Source: Phoronis australis (taxonomy: Eukaryota; Animalia; Phoronida). Taken from it: a stretch of 64,000 nucleotides of DNA. The notes under the pieces were generated by a model that did no database searches, was not told where the DNA came from, and worked only from the letters and a program-made list of their open reading frames with translations. The stretch is taken from assembly GCA_002633005.1 (NCBI GenBank), contig NMRA01000040.1, forward strand, positions 1,113,805-1,177,804, read 5' to 3'. Positions 23,363 to 34,926 of the stretch are shown here, one piece after another (position 1 is the first letter of the stretch; each line of letters opens with the position of its first letter). Both the position numbers and the translations under genes were made by a program.

Positions 23363-24676
23363 ACTAGAAAGATTATTGTCACGGCGTGACAATAACTGAC
23401 TCTGCGCCTGGGCATTACTGGAATTATTATGGGAAGTTACTGACAGCAACCCGTTTACCAATATCAAAAGAAATTCTTTAAAATTGTAGGAGAAATTACA
23501 TATTAATTTTTGATGACCTTTCCACTAATTGACCTCTTTCGGTACATTATGAGCCCCGATGAGGGAATAATATGAACGCGATTAAAACTGTGGTTAATGC
23601 TAAAAATCACAGATGTTTTACTTTAAGAACTTGAGAATACAAGATGAATGAATTGGTCAAACTTTCAGAAGAAAAATGCACCTAATGACCCCATGGGTGC
23701 ATCAAATGACCTCAAAATTCAGAATTCAAACTCATTCGCACTTAGTAAACAGATATGTAATTTTGAAGTCTCTAGCTCAAAATCTTTGTTTGCACTCAAT
23801 GACCTTTGACCTATTTTTTCTGATTGGTTAGGCTTATTGCCAAGTAAAGTAGGGTATTCAATTGGTATGTTCCTTGAAAAACGTAAGAGATATAACATTT
23901 TGAACGTTACATGACCTTTGCACTAATTGACCCTATTCGGTGCATTATAAGCGTCCTTGGGAGAATTATTGCAAAGCACATAAAAAATGTGTTTAATGCT
24001 GAGAATCACAGTTGTCTAAGGGTTGACACATCAGTATACTTGGAGAAAGAAAAGGTCAAATTTTCATAAGAAAAATGCACCTAATGACCCATGTTTGCAC
24101 TAAATGATCTGAAACTTTGGATTCCAAATTCAGTTACCTGTGCCAATCAGACCTGTGAATTTGAAGTTTTAGTTTGCACCTAATGACCTTTGACCTTTTT
24201 AACCTGAATGGACGACCCGATTACTTAGAAAAGTATTTTTTTAAATTGCCATGTTGACTTATACATGTGCACCGAATTTGAAAAGGTTAGCTTTAAAACT
24301 AAATGAGGAGTAGCATTTTGAAAATTATATGACCTTTGCACCAAACGACCCCTTCTGGTGCAATATGGAATATGATTATATAACGAATCAAAATTTATGC
24401 ACTGTCAAAAATCATATGCTGAATTTAAAGAACGTAACTGCACCCAATTTGGAGTTATTAAGCCTCAAAGTTGGTCGGAAGAAAAATAAGAAGAATAAGA
24501 ATAAGAATAAAATTTAAGAAAACCCAGGAACAACAGTACTCTGCGCTTGTATGCACAGAGTAATAAAATTGAAGAAAACTCAGGAACAACAGTACTCTGC
24601 GCTTGTATGCACAGAGTAATAAAACTGAAGAAAACCCAGGAACAACAGTACTCTGCGCTGGCATGCGCAGAGTAAT
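23363..24676 (+). mobile_element. Helentron-type family B, full copy with triplicated terminus
   Basis: aCTAG end, hairpin, subTIR actctgcgc, internal ~430-bp tandem core, (aagaat)n microsatellite, terminal palindrome tactctgcgc..gcgcagagta x3. Confidence 0.75.
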
Positions 24677-25058
24677 TATAGCCTTTATTATACAGTACAG
24701 CGTTTTTTATTTACAAACAAATATGTTGATATACAACTTGGTGAATAGTAATTTTTAAAATATATTTACACAGCAATTATTTACTTTATTAATTAATAAA
24801 GTGTTCACACATACTAGCAGAGAAGGTTCAAGCAATTTTAGTTTTAAAAAGTTCATTACATTCTATGTACAAATTGCATTCTGTGTGCAAATAGATAACA
24901 GTACTCTTGCTGTTAGAGCTGTGTTGCTTCTTGTTCCAATATTCACCTATTGCTTTTTGTATAGTTGTAGGCTACTTACTATCTAGTCAAACTGTTTTTT
25001 TTTTTTAAGTGAATATAAGACACTGATGTTGGCCAATAGTGAATCAAATACACACAGA

Positions 25059-25197
25059 AAAACCAGGAACCCAAACTGGGAATCGAAACACAAGTCTCCA
25101 GATTGCACAGATATCGGGTCCTCAGTAGCTCAGTAGTAAGAGCACTTGAGGCGCAATCTAGAGGCCTGTGATTCGATTCCCAGCTGGGGTCCCTGAT
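25059..25197 (+). repeat. tRNA-derived element preceded by an inverted partial copy of itself (second copy 21890-22028)
   Basis: A-box TAGCTCAGTAG, B-box GATTCGATTCC, oligo-T end; 25059-25108 is the reverse complement of its 3' half. Confidence 0.6.
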
Positions 25198-25954
25198 TTT
25201 TTAAAACTCCGGTCACGAAAGTTTGTGTGAAAGACAAACTGTTAGCAACATCGGCTCACTCCAGTGATATTTCCTAAAATAAAACCTGTTCTTTTCTATC
25301 CATATATTAATAAAGCATAAAATATTTCCAGGTGGTCAGTGCAATGGGTCCACATGCGAGGTCTGCGCACGTCTGGTACAACGTGCATCAGACCGCCTGC
25401 AATTATTTTATTTTATGTCCAATGGTCATGCATTTTGAATGACTGCTGTGGGGTAGTGATAATCACTCTTTATCGTAAAATACTACATAAAAGCGCATGG
25501 GCTTTAGTACACCAAAATATTGCACCTTCTGTGAACATTTAAAATCTAATGTTCTTGAATATGAGGCTGCTGGTGTGTTAGCTAAACCACATTCATGGAA
25601 GTAATGCATCAATAAAGTAACGAACCATCTTGTGGTGTGCAGATCAAAGTGGCAAATGCGTTCTTACAGATGAAAAAGTAAGTGTTCAACGAATGTTACA
25701 ATTATTTAACGCGTGTTACAGATTATAAGGCCATTGTCTTAGCGAGGTATTTGCATACTCCTAACTACAGTAGGTTAATGTATAGCAGGAACTAAACGAC
25801 AATGCTATTTTAACATAATCTGCGTTGAACAAAGTGCAGTTGTATTTATTGACAATTTGCGTAGAAAATAAATCTGAAACTAAATAAGGCGATCCAGATC
25901 CTCCCAAGGATACTATTGTCTCACGAAATGTAGAATATAAATCGGTAAATAAAA

Positions 25955-26661
25955 CAACAAGAATGGATCAACTGAAATTTGAAATTTTCGGATGTAATAA
26001 CTTCCTTTGTCAACAGAAACATAAATAAAGTAAAATCAAACACTATATGACAATTGACATATAAGATATGGTGTAATGAATATGATACATTTTTGCGTAA
26101 AAAATTCAATGACATATTTTAAGAAGTTTTTATGTTCAATCCATGAGGTTCTATTGTATTGAGCTTGTCTATCCAATATTGTTCTCTTTTGAGTCTGTGA
26201 GGCGTACTGGGGTGTTAGAGTTTTTCTATTATTTGTACAGAAAGATCTTGAATATTATGGTTTTTAAACTGAAATGATTACCTATAGTATCAGAAATGTT
26301 TTTATGTGTTATGTTAAATCTATGATTACGTATATTTGAGTTCCAGTCCTTTAGGATAATAGTTGTTCTTCTTGAAGTTAGATAGAGAAATAAAATGATG
26401 TTGATATCTATATTTGAGTTCCATAAAAATATTTCTGATTCTATAGGTAATCATTTCAATTTCAAAAACCTCATGGATTGAACATAAAACTTCTTCAAAT
26501 ATGTCATTGAATTTTTTACGCAAAAATGTATCATATTCATTACACCATATCTTATATGTCAATTGTCATATAGTGTTTGATTTTACTTTATTTCTGTTTC
26601 TGTTGACAAAGGAAGTTATTACATCCAAAAATTTCAAATTTCAGTCGATCCATTCTTGTTG
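25955..26661. mobile_element. Penelope-like fold-back: ~195-bp inverted arms around GIY-YIG fragments
   Basis: Arms 25955-26150 / 26467-26661; minus-strand RLKREQYWIDKL (~26200-26161) and YYPKGL (~26370-26350); hammerhead-like motif in the arms. Confidence 0.7.
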
Positions 26662-28218
26662 ACAACTTGTAAACGCGAAAACAAAAAATTCTGCAAATAG
26701 GTGACCTTTGCACTAATGACGTATCTCGTGGGCTCAGACAGCCCGCATCATGCTATTTTATTCCCAGCACCACGTCATGAGACTCACTGGACACGGTTCA
26801 GTGATTTGCGGCGGATCATTTTCGCCTCAAAACTCGTTCTTAAAAACATTTGTCAATTTTCGACCTACTTCAATTTCACATCCTCGCTATATGCTTTGTT
26901 TCTAACTAATTTGGCCTAGCAATCACAAAGATATAAGGAATTAGCCTGCAAGTTCCGCTTTTTAAGAGTTAAAACATAAGACGTTCATGTACTCGAATCA
27001 GTGCAAGCCAATGGGCTTACATGTTGAATTTCACGGTAAAAGTTAAAACATTTTCGCGGAGAATGCCATCCGATTCAATTAGTCTCCGAAAGATGTCGCG
27101 CTAACGTGTGAGGAAGGTGGGTAAACGACGGGTTCTTCAGCCGAGGGTGTGCCGCAATGGTGGATGTGGGCAGTTTTAGATTNNNNNNNNNNNNNNNNNN
27201 NNACCCTATTTTCTACTCGGCCCGCCCACGCATTCGTGCTTTGCGCGATTCCCGGCCCGAGTCAAAATGTCGGGGACCCCTTTATGATATCCTAGATCCG
27301 CCACTGATATTCATGCACTTATAACTTTCACATGTTCAATGATGCCGTGTCTGTAGGCCTAAGAGCTGGAAATAAAAATGGAATTGCAAAGTCACAACAT
27401 CATTGTCAATCATTTCGCTGGTCTTGGATGTTTTTCCAGTCACTGCAGGGAACAAACACTTTAGTGAAAGTTTAGTGTTCGAAACTCTTACTAAATTGCA
27501 TGAGCAACCTCTTGTGCCGCTGAAGCCACATTGCATACTTATCCGGAGGATAGTTAAGAAACGATGCTTGATCAGTTCCTGTTATCGCGGCCGGCATGGA
27601 CCTACAAGCATGTTCCGCATCGGGTAATAATTTTCAAAACTACGAAGCCTAATTTAAAAAAGCTAATGTAGAACAGGCCTTATTATTGTCATTATTTTTA
27701 ATTTTGTTATTTGAGTTTTGTTCTCGGTTGCGCACATAACGTGCGTTAAAATGACGATCCATTCTATAAAGTGAAGGAACGCTACTGCCGGTCGAGTTTG
27801 CAGCTCGTCACTGGCTGGTAACCCGCTCGGACAATGAGGAATTATTATGAATGAAAAACGGAAGAATGTATTTTCATATAGTGCAGGTAACAAGGATTGT
27901 ACTTCGGTTTTGTGAATTAACCATTTTTGTTTTCTTAACCAGGAGTAATATCAGTAGGATATAATTATAAATCTTCACATTTTTAGATCTTCAGGTGTTG
28001 GACAATGAAACGAGTAAAACTGATTAAACAAGTTATATAACCCCGTCACCTGTTGCACTCACCCCTCTCTTAAGTTGACTCGTCTACATGTTTACTTTCT
28101 CGCCAAATCGGAGCCATACTAAAAATACAGTACTTGGCAATGCAGATAGTTCATCTTAGAAGTTACGACCATATTTGCATGTGATCGCCGGCCAAATTTC
28201 GGGCTCAAACGCCCCAAA

Positions 28219-28404
28219 ATGAGAGCAGAACCGAAGATTAATTTAATATGTACTGTAGTTTTGGTATTTATAACTTCATGTAGGACAAGCAGGTCGGATA
28301 GGGATATTTTGAGCGCCCGTTGTCGTGCGAAATGTTTGTCGTATTTGAAACTGCGTCGTGGAGGAATCTCAGAGGGGAGCGCATCGCGAAAGGAAAGTGT
28401 AACT
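28219..28404 (+). CDS. ANOS1: Anosmin-1 (KAL1) exon 1: signal peptide + start of Cys-rich region (MRAEPKINLICTVVLVFITSCRTS...SARCRAKCLSY...)
   Basis: ATG, hydrophobic N-terminus, ARCxxxCLS motif equivalent to anosmin ARCASRCLSL; |gtaagt donor, phase 0. Confidence 0.82.
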
Positions 28405-29488
28405 GTAAGTGCCATGCTGTTTTAACTTTTTCTTTGAATACCATAGGGCCTATTGATATCTTTTTCTGGGTTTCGTCTGATGTAGTTTTGTGTGTTTATC
28501 ACTGATAATAGTAAGTACTGTACATGTAGTTTAACTTAGGTGAAAACGCCAAAGCAAGCTAAAAAGTCTCGTCTAGTACGATGTAAGTCTTCTACATGGC
28601 TATGAGTGCTGCACTTGGCTAGAATTCGAGTAACGAAAGAATCACTATAAAATTTCTACAGATAGCTAACATGCGTGGACTGCAACCAAATTATTTTTGA
28701 TTCGTGACCCCGCTGCTCTCTTGACTCTTCATCCAACGTGCAATGCTTACAGCTCAGTCATTTCAAAAGAAGTTAAACCGATACTAAACCTTGTTTTAAT
28801 CTGTTAACTACTACATGGGTCATTATATTACTTTAATCCTTTTATAAGTGAATGTAGTTTGGAGTTAGAAAACTCTTGGTTAAGCCAATCTCTTTTTAAA
28901 ATCTGCCAAATTGTTAGGTGTGACGAATGCATATCAGGTTCCTTGACATATCCTGTGAACCAAAAGAATAACTTAGTAACTAAACAAGAATCATGGTGCA
29001 GCTTTCATCTCTTCAGTGGCTGATCTAAGTAGCATATCCTAAGGTTTGTCATGAAAACCGGGGCCAACCAGAATTTTTGAAGAGTAAATGTCCACGTAGC
29101 CCAATAATCAAATAGCATACCATTTTTGATGGTGTCTGTAGGGGGCCCAAGTACCCTAGGCCTTCCTAAATACAGATTTTAGTTGTGCACCTGTGCTTGA
29201 AGGAATTCGTTTTCATTGAAATCACCAAAACAGGGTTTAGTATTCTAATAAGGAATTGAAAAGAATTTATTGTGTTGATTTGTGCATGATGGTTCAATCA
29301 TGAAGGAACTTCTTAGTATACCAAAACACATTAAAAACATTACAAGATTGAGAACTATTCAGTTATTATGTTTCAAATGTGCTAGTTTTGAAACTGTAAA
29401 GAACAAAACATTAGTTAGTAAGTTTTGTGTTGAGCAACATATCCATGGTCTCCTTTCTTTAAATACGGTACTCAATTTTTAATTCCAG

Positions 29489-29539
29489 GGTGAAATTGAC
29501 AATTGGTTTGGATGTAATTCAGATGCTACCTGCTCTCAG
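29489..29539 (+). CDS. ANOS1: Anosmin-1 exon 2 (GEIDNWFGCNSDATCSQ)
   Basis: ttccag| acceptor, |gtaaga donor; 51 nt, phase 0-0; C-x5-C spacing as in the small anosmin exon 2 (WCQNHKQCSK). Confidence 0.78.
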
Positions 29540-29805
29540 GTAAGATAGCTTCAAGACCTTGAATATTTGCCAGATGGAATATAAAAACCCATTTCACAAC
29601 ATTCTTGATTCTGATTCTAACCAGTATGGGTATATTTCTGTTTGCCAGCTTTCAGTATTCCTTACTAACTTTCTTTCCACATGACTTTTACCATTTCATC
29701 AGTAACCAGCACTAAATTTCTTGGATAATTTGTTGTGTTTTGTTCCACAAGATATAAAAAATCAAAAATAGCCAAATCCTGAAATACTTCAGCAGCATGC
29801 ATGAT

Positions 29806-29891
29806 TGTGTTGTATTTACCACAATGCTGCACAGGCGTAAGGCATGTGTTGTATTTACCACAATGCTGCACAGGCGTAAGGCATGTGTTGT
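29806..29891. repeat. 39-bp tandem duplication (x2.2)
   Basis: tgtgttgtatttaccacaatgctgcacaggcgtaaggca repeated. Confidence 0.9.
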
Positions 29892-30979
29892 GCAGTTTTA
29901 CAAGTTGCCTCCATATAATGTCCTGAATATGTAGCAAAATTATTTTGACACTTATCTTTCTAGCTTTAGTAAGGTTTTAATGTTAGGCAGTTATTTAACT
30001 TTAAAAATTTAGGTAACCAAGTCTCAATTAGACTTTGTTAGGGCCTAATCTGTCTTAGCATGCTCTTAAATCAGCCTATATCAGGGTTGGAAACAATTCA
30101 AAGCCTAAGCAGACTCAAAACAAGTTAATTTTATACAGTATAAAACCATTTAATGAACTCGCACCAACTCATTCTTTCTTAAAAAAATTGTTTCCTTGAT
30201 GATCAGAAATTCTCAAATCTTGAAGGAGACAATGATATCCTCCATGTTCAATTCATCTGTGCTCTTGACAATAAGCAAGGCATCTCTTTATTTCGGGCAA
30301 CAACGACGCCTCTCAGAAACAGCAAGCCAATTATGGTTGCAAATATCCGCACTGGTTTTCCCATTTTTCTGTCGTCTACTACATGAACATTTGTTTTCCT
30401 ATTGTATTTCTCTTTAAATTAGCAAACTGTTACCAAACTCGACCAATGACTTTACTCGAAATTGGGGCCGAATATCGCGAAACTGTCCTCACCAGGTTAG
30501 AAAATTCCCCTCTGAAAGATCAAAAATTCCCATCATGGTTTTTAACTTCAGACAACCTCAAAAATACAGGGATGTTGGAACCAGTTGTGTGTTATTTCAC
30601 TTTATATATTGAAACCACAAAACTGCAAACTTTCACATGTCTGCGGCTGAATATGGCATGCTGAAAAGTTCTACGAGAGGAGACTTATGAAAAGCCAACG
30701 TGCAGCCTTTTCTCTGATAAACTTGCTGTGCACTCCTCAAAAATGATCTCGTACTCAAACTGCTTGCTCATTAGGATTATTCACTGTGGTCAACAACACT
30801 CAGAAGAACAGTGATTACTTTTTATTGCTTAACGTAAAGCTGATGCTTGCCTACGTGTGAAACCATGAACGAGTAATAGTCCTAATACAAAAGCAGTGCA
30901 GTCACAAAACATTGTAAAAATTCCCCTCTAAGTAAAAAACTACGCGACAATTTTCCCTCTTAGTGAAGAAGAGTGATTT

Positions 30980-31180
30980 CAAGGGAAGTGACGGACATGA
31001 AATGGAACATTCGCCTGCAACTTTTATAACTCAAACCCGAAGTAAGGTTGTCGTTTAAGTCGTGACATGATGCGAGCTGACTGTGAATAGGTTTCATGAA
31101 ATTAATTTTTGTCATCGAGTTACTCTAACATCACCACGGCTACTCAGATTGCGCTAATGGCGAGCAGCTAGTGCGAGCCT
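30980..31180 (+). repeat. Unclassified dispersed repeat; diverged second copy at ~44030-44276
   Basis: Shared blocks gga.gtga.ggacatgaaatggaacatt, gagctgactgtga, gctagtgcgagcc. Confidence 0.65.
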
Positions 31181-31826
31181 AGTTCCACCCAGGCAATTTA
31201 AAAAATGCACAATTGAAAAATACCGCATCACCATATCAATTCTCAAAAATCAGACTAGAACCAGTTATGCTATATTTTTTGCCTAATACGTGGTAATTCG
31301 CTTATTTATGGCCATTCTTCATCTATTTAACACTCAATTATATGTGGCTGACAAGTGAAAGTCTATTTTATCAAATTTCTCTCAAGCGATGAAAATGTAG
31401 AAAAATGTTAGTCTTTTACTGAGATGGTTTGTACTGTGTAGATGTCATAAACAACTTGTAAGTTTTCCTGTGTTTGCAGTAATGTCATCAGTCTTTGAGT
31501 AATGGAAAATAATTTTGACAATTATTTTTTTGTCAATTAAGTGGAGAATTAACGTAAGCTAAGTTGTTTCAATCAATAGTTCCACACAACATTTGTGAGT
31601 ATTCTAGCCTAAATTTAAACTTTATAAGACAAATAATTTTCACCTTTCAATGTGTCAGTATACTTTTGACAGCTCTGCCTTGAAATCCTGATCTCTAAGG
31701 CCATTCTAATTAAAAAATTAAAAAAATATAGCGTATTTGCCCTAATATGGGCCCATACCCCTATATGCACCCCCACGCATTTTCAGACTTCACTAAAATA
31801 AGCACCCAGCCCATGAACATGGAAAC

Positions 31827-33597
31827 ACTAGAAAGATTATTGTCATGGCGTGACAATAATGGACTCTGCGCGTGCGTATTACTGGAATTGTTATGGAAAA
31901 TTATTGACAACAACCCGTTTACTAATACAAAAAGGAATTTTTTAAAACTGTAGGAGAAATTCAGGGCTTGGAATTTGCCGCGGAAACGCGGATTTCCGCT
32001 TTTTTCAAATGTTCTGTCCGTGTATTTTATTATATTTTCGCGTAAAAAAATCGGATTTGATATAAAATTTCCGCGGTAAATTTCTTTCTTGCCGCCACGT
32101 TGCCGACGACTTTCACCTCGAAAAGCGGAAGTTGCTCTTTATGTTTCGGAGGAACGTAAATTGTCAACATTGCCGGGGCACCTGGGATAGCATGGTGGAT
32201 TTCCTCAAATGCGGCTCGTGTGATTGTAAACCGTGGTGACAAATACTACGACTCTGCAGCCAAAATTGTTTGGAGGCGGGAGTGGCGGACGAGCTAAGAC
32301 AGACGCAGACGCACGCTTCCGGAGGTGGTACCGTTTTTTTTTTTTTCGGCTGCGCGCATGTTTCGGGCCGTAAAAATTTCCGCGCTTTTCGCCATTGGTC
32401 ATTCCAAGCCCTGGAAATTACATCTTAATATTTTTATTACCTTTGCACTAATTGATCCTTTCCGGTACATTATGAGCCCTGATGAGGGAATTAGTGTAAA
32501 CTCGATTAAAAGTGTGGTTAATACGAAGAATCGCAGATGTCTTAAAGCACTTTAGAATAGAAGATGAAGGAATTGGTCAATGTTTCAGAAGAAAAATGCA
32601 CCTAATGACCCCATGGGTGCACCAAATGACCTGAAACTTTAGAATTCAAACTCAGTCGCATTCACTAAACAGATATGTAATTTTGAAGTCTCTAGCTCAA
32701 AATTTTAGTTTGCACTTAATGACCTTTGACCTATTTTTCTGATTGGATGGGCCTATTGCTCAGTAAAGTAGGGTGTTCGATTGGCATGTTGGTTTTCACC
32801 AGTGTGCTGAAATTGAAAAGAACTCCTTGAAAAATGCAGGAGATATAACATTTTGAACGTTAAGTGACCTTTGCACTAATTGACCCTATTCGGTGCATTA
32901 TAAGCATCTTAAGGAGAATTATTACAAAGCCGGCAATAAGTGTTTTTAATGCTGAGAATCACAGTTGTCTAACGGTCGACGCATCAGTATACTTGGTGAA
33001 TGAAAAGGACAAATTTTACGAAGACAAATGCACCTAATGACCCCATGGTTGCACTAAATGACCTGAAACTTTGTATTTGGAATTGAATTAGGCGTACCAA
33101 TCAGACCTGTGAATTTGAATTGTCTAGCTCAAAATTTTAGTTTGCACATAATGACCTTTGACCTGTTTCATCTGATTGGATGATTCGATTACGTAGAAAA
33201 GTAATTTTTTTAATTGTCTAGTTGACTTATACCTGTGCAACGAATTTGAAAAAGATAGCTTTAAAACTGAAGAAGGAGTAGCATTTTGAAAGTTATATGA
33301 CCTTTGCACCAAACGACCTCATCTGGTACAATATGGAATTTGATTATATAAGGAATCAAAATTTATGTACTGTCAAAAATCATATGCTGAATTTAAAGAA
33401 TGTACCTGCCAATTTGGAGTTATTAAGTGTCAAAGTTGGTCGGAAGAAGAATTAGAAGAATAAGAATAAAATTGAAGAAAACCGAGGAAAAACAGTACTC
33501 TGCGCTTACACGCGCAGAGTAATAAGAATAAGAATAAGAATAAAATTGTAGAAAACCCAGAAACAACAGTACTCTGCGCTTGCACGCGCAGAGTAAT
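31827..33597 (+). mobile_element. Helentron-type family B, full copy with duplicated terminus, itself interrupted by a hAT-like MITE
   Basis: Same termini and core as 23363-24676. Confidence 0.75.
31962..32413. mobile_element. hAT-like MITE with 6-bp TSD
   Basis: GAAATT|CAGGGCTTGGAAT ... ATTCCAAGCCCTG|GAAATT; empty site (gtaggagaaattacat) visible in the other family B copies. Confidence 0.85.
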
Positions 33598-33638
33598 TAC
33601 CTAAATTTCTAAAATTCTATAGCAACGTCTTCAATTTA

Positions 33639-34926
33639 TTATGCGCCCACATATTTATATGTGGACGCATTATGCCGTAATCTCTGTCCGTCCGTCCGTC
33701 CGGGCGGCGTCCGGGCGGCGTCCGTCCGTCCGGGCGGCGTCCGTCCGGCATCTGGCATCCGGCGTCCGCTGCTCTATCTCCAAAACCCTTTGACATACGT
33801 TCATGAAATTTGGCACATATGTTCCATTCATGAATGGGACGGCATGTGCGAACTTTCGGACGGATCCGACTACCGGTGTGCCCCCTAGTGGCAATTTTAT
33901 TTTTTTACGCTTTCCTTTGTATCTTCAAAAGTCCTGAACGGATTTTCATGAAATTTGGTATGTAGGCACCTAGTAGTGAGATGACGCTATCCTGCCGTTT
34001 TCGGATGGATTCGACATAGTTTGCGCCACCTAGTGGCCATTTTTNNNNNNNNNNNNNNNNNNNNNNNNNNNNNNNNNNNNNNNNNNNNNNNNNNNNNNNN
34101 NNNNNNNNNNNNNNNNNNNNNNNNNNNNNNNNNNNNNNNNNNNNNNNNNNNNNNNNNNNNNNNNNNNNNNNNNNNNNNNNNNNNNNNNNNNNNNNNNNNN
34201 NNNNNNNNNNNNNNNNNNNNNNNNNNNNNNNNNNNNNNNNNNNNNNNNNNNNNNNNNNNNNNNNNNNNNNNNNNNNNNNNNNNNNNNNNNNNNNNNNNNN
34301 NNNNNNNNNNNNNNNNNNNNNNNNNNNNNNNNNNNNNNNNNNNNNNNNNNNNNNNNNNNNNNNNNNNNNNNNNNNNNNNNNNNNNNNNNNNNNNNNNNNN
34401 NNNNNNNNNNNNNNNNNNNNNNNNNNNNNNNNNNNNNNNNNNNNNNNNNNNNNNNNNNNNNNNNNNNNNNNNNNNNNNNNNNNNNNNNNNNNNNNNNNNN
34501 NNNNNNNNNNNNNNNNNNNNNNNNNNNNNNNNNNNNNNNNNNNNNNNNNNNNNNNNNNNNNNNNNNNNNNNNNNNNNNNNNNNNNNNNNNNNNNNNNNNN
34601 NNNNNNNNNNNNNNNNNNTGAAGGAAAAGTTCCAAGTAGAAATTTGTTTCTGGCATTCTAATGCTGTGCTAATCTCGTATGTTGGTAAATTTGTTTTTAA
34701 TTCTATGTTTCTGTGGTGCTTTAAGCAACTGGTGTATAGGATGTGCTTGTATTATGAAGATTACTCACATTTTGCCCCTAGCCTATTGAGGAGACAATGA
34801 CCATGCCTTTCCATTTTGCAAAGTATGCCCTCTACTGGCCACTTTATGGTACCAATAAACAACCCTAGAAGGATACCGTATGCGGTGCAATTGTGGGCGC
34901 ATTTCAACGCTCCGCGTTGCTCTTGT
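33639..34926 (+). mobile_element. Helentron-type family A (DINE-1/pearl-like) spanning an assembly gap
   Basis: tatgcgcccac-atatttatat-gtgg hairpin, (gtcc)n microsatellite, core repeats, subTIR gtgggcgcat, terminal hairpin and cttgt; no TSD. Confidence 0.8.

Larger units (their letters stand above)
20275..25288. repeat. Gap-flanking duplication (20275-22120 / 22799-25288); probable uncollapsed haplotypes
   Basis: Near-identical sequence on both sides of N-run 22121-22798; second copy has ~620 extra bp. Confidence 0.85.
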
